From NCBI RefSeq assembly GCF_039969275.1, contig NZ_JBDVOC010000003.1, forward strand, positions 31,434-95,433: 64,000 bases of DNA, read 5' to 3'. Every line of letters begins with the position of its first letter. Position 1 is the stretch's first letter. Positions 57,589 to 64,000 of the stretch are shown piece after piece. The notes under the pieces are model-generated. The model was not told where the DNA came from. It saw nothing but the letters and a program-made list of their open reading frames with translations, and ran no database searches. The translations under genes were made by a program, and so were the position numbers. The DNA is from Eudoraea sp. (GTDB lineage: Bacteria; Bacteroidota; Bacteroidia; Flavobacteriales; Flavobacteriaceae).

Positions 57589-58707
57589 TTATATTATAGT
57601 AGATTTACCCAACCAAATATTCTCTCGGTTTATGGTAAGATGATCATCTGATTCCCTGATATTGCTCGAAATAAAATCACCAATATAATTTGTCCCATAC
57701 TTGCTGTTTTTATCTAAATCCGGGGTGACAATTTCATTTTTCATTGATTTAAGGACCGCAATTACAACTGCTCTGGACTCTTCATCCAGGTTAAAATGGT
57801 CTAGTAGCATTGCTGCGGATAAAATTGAGGCAATAGGGTTAGCAATATCTTTATCTTTGGCCTGAGGGTAAGACCCATGTATAGGTTCAAAAAGTGCATT
57901 ATTCTCTCCTACAGAAGCTGAAGGTAGTAACCCGATAGAGCCTCCTATAGCACTTCCCTCATCTGACAGTATATCGCCAAACATATTTTCGGTTAGAATT
58001 ACATCGAACTGGCTGGGATTAAGTATAAGTTGCATTGCGGCATTATCAATAAACAAAAAATCCAAAGTAATCTCAGGATAACTTTCTCCAATTTTTGTTA
58101 CTACTTTTCGCCAAAGTCTTGAGGATTCAAGGACATTTGCCTTGTCTACAAGGGTTAATTTCTTCCTTCTTGTTTTGGCTGCCTTGAATGCCATATGAGC
58201 AATACGACTAATTTCTGCTTCAGAATAGGTACATAGGTCGGAAGCGACTGTACCATCTTTACTCAAGTTCTTTTCACCAAAATAAATCCCGCCAATAAGT
58301 TCACGGTAGATTATAAAATCAGTACCCCGGACAAATTTTTTCTTTAGCGGTGATTTATCAATAAGAGTAGGAAACACTTTTACCGGTCTAATATTACTAA
58401 AAAGCCCTAACTCTTTTCTTAGCTTTAATAGCCCTTGTTCGGGTCTTATTTTAGCATTGGGGTCATTGTCATACTTTGGGTCACCTATCGCCCCGAACAA
58501 TACGGCATCTGAGTCTTTACATAGTTCCAGGGTGGAATCAGGAAGTGGGTTTCCGGTTTTGTCTATTGCCTTAGCCCCAACTAATGCTTCTGTAAATTCA
58601 AATTTGTGGTCAAAAGTCTCCGCCACGGCTTGAAGGCACTTAACGGCTTGAGCAGAAACCTCGGGTCCAATACCGTCACCTGGCAAAAGTGCAATTTTAA
58701 GATTCAT
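57589..58707 (-). CDS. leuB: 3-isopropylmalate dehydrogenase
   Basis: 372 aa. IALLPGDGIGPEV, NMFGDILSDE, and GSIGLLPSAS. Confidence 0.93.
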   Translation of the reverse strand: MNLKIALLPGDGIGPEVSAQAVKCLQAVAETFDHKFEFTEALVGAKAIDKTGNPLPDSTLELCKDSDAVLFGAIGDPKYDNDPNAKIRPEQGLLKLRKELGLFSNIRPVKVFPTLIDKSPLKKKFVRGTDFIIYRELIGGIYFGEKNLSKDGTVASDLCTYSEAEISRIAHMAFKAAKTRRKKLTLVDKANVLESSRLWRKVVTKIGESYPEITLDFLFIDNAAMQLILNPSQFDVILTENMFGDILSDEGSAIGGSIGLLPSASVGENNALFEPIHGSYPQAKDKDIANPIASILSAAMLLDHFNLDEESRAVVIAVLKSMKNEIVTPDLDKNSKYGTNYIGDFISSNIRESDDHLTINRENIWLGKSTII

Positions 58708-59880
58708 TTATGCAATACTTTCAATATTTATTGGGCTTGCCTCAATTATTTGATGGATATCATTATCAACCACTTCTTTTTTCTGGTCGGCAAATTTCAA
58801 AAATTCAGTATAAACACTATCCAATTGTACTTTTGTGAGCTCATAGCCAACTTTTTTAGCCCGATAAGCCAATGCTGCTCTACCGCTTCTTGCGGTAAGA
58901 ACGATAGAGGATTCATTAACACCAACATCCTCGGGATCCATAATTTCGTATGTTTCTCGTTTTTTTATCACTCCATCCTGATGGATACCTGAACTATGCG
59001 CAAATGCATTTGAACCAACAATAGCCTTATTGGGCTGTACTACCATCCCCATTTTATGTGAAACCATTTGGCTGGTACTGTATAATAATTTACTATTAAT
59101 ATCCGTATCCAGATTAAGATCCGGGTGTTGTCTTAATATCATCACCACTTCTTCAAGTGAAGTATTTCCTGCCCTCTCGCCAATACCATTAATTGTACAT
59201 TCTATCTGTCTGGCTCCATTTATAACACCTGCAATTGAATTTGCCGTGGCCAGTCCCAAATCATTATGACAGTGACAAGAAAGTCTTGCTTTTTCAATTC
59301 CTCTGACATTTTCTCTTAAATATTTCATTTTTGCACCATATTCCTCGGGAAGACAATATCCGGTTGTATCTGGTATATTTAGTACCGTAGCGCCGGCCTT
59401 AATAACAGCTTCGCATACGCGTGCCAGATATTCATTATCCGTTCTTCCAGCATCCTCCGCGTAAAATTCAATATCTTCCACAAAAGTTTTTGCATACTTA
59501 ACTGCATCAATTGCTCTTTCCAGTATTTTCTCCCTCGTTGAATTAAATTTGAATTTTATATGTGAATCAGAAGTACCAATTCCAGTGTGAATTCTAGGTT
59601 TTCTTGCATGTTTCAGAGCTTCGGCAGCTACTTCGATATCTTTTCTAACAGATCTCGTCAATCCACAAACCGTTGCTTCCTTAACAATTTTTGCAATTTC
59701 ATTTACAGATTTGAAATCACCTGGGCTCGAAATCGGAAATCCGGCTTCAATAATATCAACACCCAATTGATCCAGGCGCTCGGCAATAACAAGCTTCTGT
59801 TTAGAATCCAGTTTACAACCCGGAACTTGTTCACCATCCCTAAGTGTAGTATCAAAAATGTCTACCTTATCTTTACTCAT
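58708..59880 (-). CDS. leuA: 2-isopropylmalate synthase, short form (catalytic TIM barrel plus subdomains, no C-terminal regulatory domain)
   Basis: 390 aa. [23 protein letters not shown], and HSSGIHQDG. It ends about 100-130 aa before canonical LeuA proteins do. Confidence 0.85.
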   Translation of the reverse strand: MSKDKVDIFDTTLRDGEQVPGCKLDSKQKLVIAERLDQLGVDIIEAGFPISSPGDFKSVNEIAKIVKEATVCGLTRSVRKDIEVAAEALKHARKPRIHTGIGTSDSHIKFKFNSTREKILERAIDAVKYAKTFVEDIEFYAEDAGRTDNEYLARVCEAVIKAGATVLNIPDTTGYCLPEEYGAKMKYLRENVRGIEKARLSCHCHNDLGLATANSIAGVINGARQIECTINGIGERAGNTSLEEVVMILRQHPDLNLDTDINSKLLYSTSQMVSHKMGMVVQPNKAIVGSNAFAHSSGIHQDGVIKKRETYEIMDPEDVGVNESSIVLTARSGRAALAYRAKKVGYELTKVQLDSVYTEFLKFADQKKEVVDNDIHQIIEASPINIESIA

Positions 59881-60024
59881 TATTTTTGCATAATTTAGTC
59901 ACTATACGAATATATAATTAGGAAAGCGAATAGCTTTGTTACCTAAGATTCATTTACAACGTTAATTTACTTTTTAGTATTCGTAAAGTGCTGAAAAACA
60001 ACTATATAAATTATATTTTTTACG

Positions 60025-61569
60025 ATGACAAATGCCCATAAAGATGCATTGTTTGTTTTAGTCAAATCTCTTTCTAAGTCTGAAAAGCGACAATTTAAGC
60101 TTTATGTGGGTCGCCTTGGAGTAAATACAGATGCCAAATTTCTAGCGCTTTTTAATTTACTTGATAAACTAAAGACGTATGATGAAAGGGTAATTTTAGA
60201 GAGTGGAATCGTTAAAAAAACACAGTTATCTAACCTAAAAGCACATTTGTACAAACAGATTTTGGTTAGTTTAAGATTAAATCCGGTGAACCAAAATATC
60301 AGGGTTCAGATAAGGGAACAATTAGACTTCGCCACTATCCTGTATCAAAAAGGTTTGTATAAGCAAAGTCTAAAAATATTAGATAAAGTAAAAGGTATAG
60401 CAATAGATAATGAAGAGAAAAATATTGCCTATGAAATAGTGGAGCTAGAAAAAATTATCGAAACACAATATATTACAAGGAGTATTCCGGATAGAGCTGA
60501 TGAACTGGTTAGGCAGGCCAGGAAATTATCAGAACAAAACGTTATGACTAGTAGACTTTCGAATCTATCCCTTCAATTGTATGGAATGATGTTAAAAGTG
60601 GGATATGTGCGAAATGATGTAGACCTCAACAGAGTAAGGACTTATTTTGCAGAGCATTTACCTGAATATAATATTGAAGACCTTGGTTTTAGGGAAAGAT
60701 TATGGCTGTACAAGGCACATTTATGGTATAGTTTTTTGATTCAGGATTTCTTATCATGCTATAAATATTCAAGTAAATGGGTAGATCTATTCTATGAGAA
60801 TAGAAAAATGATTTATTTAAATCCTGTTTTCTTTTTAAAGGGGAATCATTATTTATTAGAGTCATTATTTTTTGTAAAATACAGCTCTCAATTTAAAGCG
60901 ACACTTGAAAAAATGGAGTCTATTGTCAGCGATAAAGACTTTTCTAAAAATGATAATATTTCATCCCTGGCGTTCCTTTATATTTATTCAAATAAGTTGA
61001 ACCTTCATTTCCTGGAAGGTACCTTTGATAAGGGATTGTATCTGGTTAAAATAATTGAATACGGAATTACCAAACACAGCGTTCGCATTGACCCCCATCA
61101 TATAATGATATTTTATTATAAAATTGCTTGTCTGTATTTTGGAGTTGGAGATAACAAAACCTGCATTAAATATTTAAAGAAGATTATAGATAATAAAAAC
61201 CTAAAGATGCGGGAAGATCTTATGTGTTTTGCACGAGTTTTAAGTTTGGTGGCACATTATGAAGCAGGTATGGATTACCACCTTGAAATTCAGCTGAAGA
61301 GCACCTATAAATTTTTACTCAAGATGAATGATCTTGGGGCGGTCCAAAAAGAAATGATCAAGTTCTTACGGAAGTTAGGGGATATTTATCCTCATGAATT
61401 AAAAGGAGAATTTCAAAGTTTATATGATGAATTAAAAAAATATGAGGATCATCCCTATGAAAAGCGCGCTTTTCTTTATTTAGATATACTCTCCTGGCTG
61501 GAAAGTCATTTGCAAAATAAACCTGTTGGGCAAATTATCCGAGAAAAGGCTTTGAAAATTACTCGTTGA
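60025..61569 (+). CDS. Hypothetical all-helical (TPR-like) protein
   Basis: 514-aa ORF with helical-repeat-like composition. No catalytic motif recognised. Confidence 0.6.
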   Translation: MTNAHKDALFVLVKSLSKSEKRQFKLYVGRLGVNTDAKFLALFNLLDKLKTYDERVILESGIVKKTQLSNLKAHLYKQILVSLRLNPVNQNIRVQIREQLDFATILYQKGLYKQSLKILDKVKGIAIDNEEKNIAYEIVELEKIIETQYITRSIPDRADELVRQARKLSEQNVMTSRLSNLSLQLYGMMLKVGYVRNDVDLNRVRTYFAEHLPEYNIEDLGFRERLWLYKAHLWYSFLIQDFLSCYKYSSKWVDLFYENRKMIYLNPVFFLKGNHYLLESLFFVKYSSQFKATLEKMESIVSDKDFSKNDNISSLAFLYIYSNKLNLHFLEGTFDKGLYLVKIIEYGITKHSVRIDPHHIMIFYYKIACLYFGVGDNKTCIKYLKKIIDNKNLKMREDLMCFARVLSLVAHYEAGMDYHLEIQLKSTYKFLLKMNDLGAVQKEMIKFLRKLGDIYPHELKGEFQSLYDELKKYEDHPYEKRAFLYLDILSWLESHLQNKPVGQIIREKALKITR

Positions 61570-62086
61570 TTTCCTCTGATGATTGCATATTAAATTCTTT
61601 TACAAGACTATTAGGTAATTCATTAAACTCGCTGCTTTTAGCCATTTCCCGCACTTTTACCGGATCAAAGTCCCCATTGAAGTAAAGAAAGGAACCGCGT
61701 ATATTATTATTGTTATATATGAGAATCTCCTTTACTGCATTACGTTTTTCACGAATTGATATAACATTTCTTTTGAGTTCGTCATTTTTTCGAAATACTT
61801 CGATAAAAGAATTTCCGGTAATGGTATTCATTTGAGTATTTAGATATTGAGTGCGCTCTGGTGTGGCACTGGGAAACTGCATATAACGCAAATCCCTTGT
61901 ATTTCCAATAAGCGACTTCATTTCAGGAGAAATATTACCTAAAAGGCTGAGCATAAATTGAGGTACACGAATAGCCGTAACCTGACTGTCATTTTTATGG
62001 GCGTTGTAGAATCTATCTATGGAGTTGTAACTTCCACAAGTTGACAATGTCAACACACAAACAAGAAAAATAATTTTTTTAATCAT
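61559..62086 (-). CDS. DUF4252-like lipoprotein
   Basis: 175 aa with lipobox LSTC. FYNAHKND..VTAIRVP and similar regions resemble DUF4252 as I recall it. Confidence 0.6.
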   Translation of the reverse strand: MIKKIIFLVCVLTLSTCGSYNSIDRFYNAHKNDSQVTAIRVPQFMLSLLGNISPEMKSLIGNTRDLRYMQFPSATPERTQYLNTQMNTITGNSFIEVFRKNDELKRNVISIREKRNAVKEILIYNNNNIRGSFLYFNGDFDPVKVREMAKSSEFNELPNSLVKEFNMQSSEEINE

Positions 62087-62150
62087 ACCAGGGACATTTA
62101 AAAAAAATAGAATATTATATCATTGAGACCTTTTTAAATGTAATGAAAAA

Positions 62151-62849
62151 TCACGAACAAGCATCCCAAATTGGATCTTCTACCGCTGGCGCTGTTAAAG
62201 ATATAGGCTTCTTCCCAACAGGATGCAAAAATTCTATGCTTCGAGCGTGCAAATGGATACTTCCATTTTTATTACTGCGGTCAAAACCATATTTTAAATC
62301 TCCTTTAATAGGGCAGTTTATTGCTGCAAGTTGTGCCCGGATCTGATGATGCCTTCCTGTTTTTAAATCAATTTCCAATAAATAATAATTGTTGAGCTTC
62401 TTTAAAATTTGATAATCTAAAATGGCCTTTTTACTATTGGGAACCTCTTTAATATGGGCATAGGACTTATTCTGTTTCGTGTTTCTTAACAACCAGTGTT
62501 CAAGTGTACCTTGTTCTTTATTTGGTTTATTTTTTACAATAGCCCAATATGTTTTTTTTGCTAATTTTTGTGAAAATAATTCGTTTAACCTGGAAAGCGC
62601 TTTTGAGGTTCGTGCAAATACAACTACGCCGGAGGTGGGCCTGTCTATCCGGTGTACTACGCCTAAAAAAACTTTTCCCGGCTTATTATATTTTTTTTTA
62701 ACGTATTGTTTTACAATTTCGTTTAATGGTACATCCCCCGTTTTGTCTCCCTGGACAATATCGCCAGGCCTTTTGTTAATGACAATAATATGGTTATCCT
62801 CATATAATACCAGAAGATTTTTGGAATTGGTCTTGGTTCTTGTCTCCAC
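62151..62849 (-). CDS. RluA-family pseudouridine synthase
   Basis: 232 aa. VVHRIDRPTSG catalytic-Asp motif and GRHHQIR. Confidence 0.9.
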   Translation of the reverse strand: METRTKTNSKNLLVLYEDNHIIVINKRPGDIVQGDKTGDVPLNEIVKQYVKKKYNKPGKVFLGVVHRIDRPTSGVVVFARTSKALSRLNELFSQKLAKKTYWAIVKNKPNKEQGTLEHWLLRNTKQNKSYAHIKEVPNSKKAILDYQILKKLNNYYLLEIDLKTGRHHQIRAQLAAINCPIKGDLKYGFDRSNKNGSIHLHARSIEFLHPVGKKPISLTAPAVEDPIWDACS

Positions 62850-62854
62850 AAACT

Positions 62855-63673
62855 TTAATATTGCTCGTCATCACTAGGGAAATCCTGGCTTTTCACATCA
62901 CTTACGTAGCGCGAAATGGCATTTCCCATATCCTCATAAAGATTCATATATCTGCGTAAAAAACGTGGATTGAACTCATGAGTCATGCCAAGAAGATCAT
63001 GGATAACCAATACCTGACCATCCGCATATTTACCACCACCAATACCAATTGTTGGAATAGAGATATTTTCGGACACTTTTTTTGTTAATAGGGCAGGTAT
63101 TTTTTCGAGGACAATGGCAAAGCAACCTAACTTTTCAAGAATTTCAGCATCTTCCATTAGTTTCTCCGCCTCATCCTTTTCTTTAGCCCTGACTGTATAT
63201 GTTCCAAATTTATAGATGGCCTGTGGTGTTAAACCCAGATGTCCCATAACTGGAATACCAGCATTTAAGATTCGTTTTACCGATTCTTTAATTTCAATAC
63301 CACCTTCTACCTTTACTGCATGGGCGCCACTTTCTTTCATAATTCTGATTGCAGAACGCAGTGCTTCTTTGGGATCACTCTGGTAACTTCCAAAGGGAAG
63401 ATCAACTACAACCAGAGCCCTGTTTACCGCTCTTATAACGGAAGAAGCATGGTAAATCATCTGGTCGAGCGTTATAGGTAAAGTGGTCTCATGTCCCGCC
63501 ATGACATTGCTGGCAGAGTCACCAACCAATATGACATCAACATTGGCATCATCAACAATCTTTGCCATAGAATAATCATAAGCAGTAAGCATAGAAATTT
63601 TTTCTCCCCGCTTCTTCATTTCTACTAAGGATTTTACAGTAACCCTTTTATATTCTTTTTTGGAAATAGACAT
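62855..63673 (-). CDS. panB: 3-methyl-2-oxobutanoate hydroxymethyltransferase
   Basis: 272 aa. [21 protein letters not shown], and GHLGLTPQ. Confidence 0.93.
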   Translation of the reverse strand: MSISKKEYKRVTVKSLVEMKKRGEKISMLTAYDYSMAKIVDDANVDVILVGDSASNVMAGHETTLPITLDQMIYHASSVIRAVNRALVVVDLPFGSYQSDPKEALRSAIRIMKESGAHAVKVEGGIEIKESVKRILNAGIPVMGHLGLTPQAIYKFGTYTVRAKEKDEAEKLMEDAEILEKLGCFAIVLEKIPALLTKKVSENISIPTIGIGGGKYADGQVLVIHDLLGMTHEFNPRFLRRYMNLYEDMGNAISRYVSDVKSQDFPSDDEQY

Positions 63674-63784
63674 ATCTTTCAGTTAGACGAGATAAATGTA
63701 AGGAGTTTTGTTCAAATGTTAAGAACAAGGTATAGTCTTTAATTTATTCCTTATTTTAGGCACCTAAATTGAAAACAAAGCACA

Positions 63785-64000
63785 ATGAGAATTTTAATTT
63801 GTTTACTGTTGATTTTTAGTTCCTTTGGAATAAATGCGCAGAATAATGAAAAAGAAGAAGTGAAGAAGGCAGTTGAAATTTTTTTCGAAGGATTTCACAA
63901 TCAGGATTCCACGCTAATAAAAAGGAGTACCAGTCCTGCTATAATTATGCAAACCATTGGCCGTGACAAAGGGGGAGCAAGTGTTGTTAAGACCTCCGAT
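63785..64000 (+). CDS. Secreted protein, possibly NTF2/SnoaL-like; 3' end runs off the window
   Basis: Hand translation from ATG 63785 gives MRILICLLLIFSSFGINAQNNEKEEVKKAVEIFFEGFHNQD... The frame is open to the window edge. The signal peptide is clear; the family assignment is weak. Confidence 0.5.
   Translation, partial: MRILICLLLIFSSFGINAQNNEKEEVKKAVEIFFEGFHNQDSTLIKRSTSPAIIMQTIGRDKGGASVVKTSD

Noticed and set aside
59881-60024. Looked for a leucine leader peptide, attenuator or T-box upstream of leuA
   Set aside because: No Leu-rich mini-ORF, no terminator/antiterminator pair and no T-box specifier or AGAGA/GNUGGUA elements are visible.
1-64000. Searched for CRISPR arrays, transposase/integrase genes, tRNA/rRNA genes, phage modules and known defence-system gene sets
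   Set aside because: I saw no spaced direct-repeat array and no recombinase-like ORF. No tRNA-like T-arm motif appears in any intergenic spacer. No ORF has nuclease/helicase/methylase combinations typical of defence islands. The window looks like core chromosome.

Overview
AT-rich chromosomal segment that looks like a Flavobacteriia (Bacteroidota) genome. Supporting signs are Bacteroidota-type TAnnTTTG -7 promoter boxes, T9SS-associated genes (PorP/SprF, DUF4835), many lipoproteins, and tightly packed or overlapping genes. I count about 62 protein-coding genes, including one unannotated 48-codon ORF and two ORFs cut by the window edges, plus one SRP RNA. Most are core housekeeping genes: dapA, bamD, rpoZ, coaBC, recN, fabI, etfBA plus an acyl-CoA dehydrogenase, coaE, miaA, smpB, pcm, clpB, glyA, fahA, pheT, leuA/leuB, panB. 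I found no transposase, integrase, CRISPR array, tRNA/rRNA gene or obvious island boundary, so most of the window is ordinary. The least ordinary stretch is about 38.0-45.9 kb, all on the minus strand. It carries a glutaminyl cyclase / thioesterase / beta-helix lipoprotein operon, then a LytTR regulator with a degenerate receiver. Next comes the unannotated 48-codon mini-lipoprotein ORF with its own strand-specific terminator. After that come a lipid-anchored periplasmic-TPR histidine kinase, an overlapping LuxR-type response regulator, and an orphan 223-aa protein. I propose this as a candidate peptide-sensing regulatory module; that is inference, not demonstration. Other curiosities are a group-2 (bifurcating-type) ETF signature, a PorP/SprF-coiled-coil-SPOR fusion with near-identical 72-nt in-frame repeats, and a Kv-like channel with a zinc-ribbon tail. 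There is also a split, order-inverted 5'-nucleotidase. All calls come from reading the sequence and recalling protein families. No database search or composition statistic was run.
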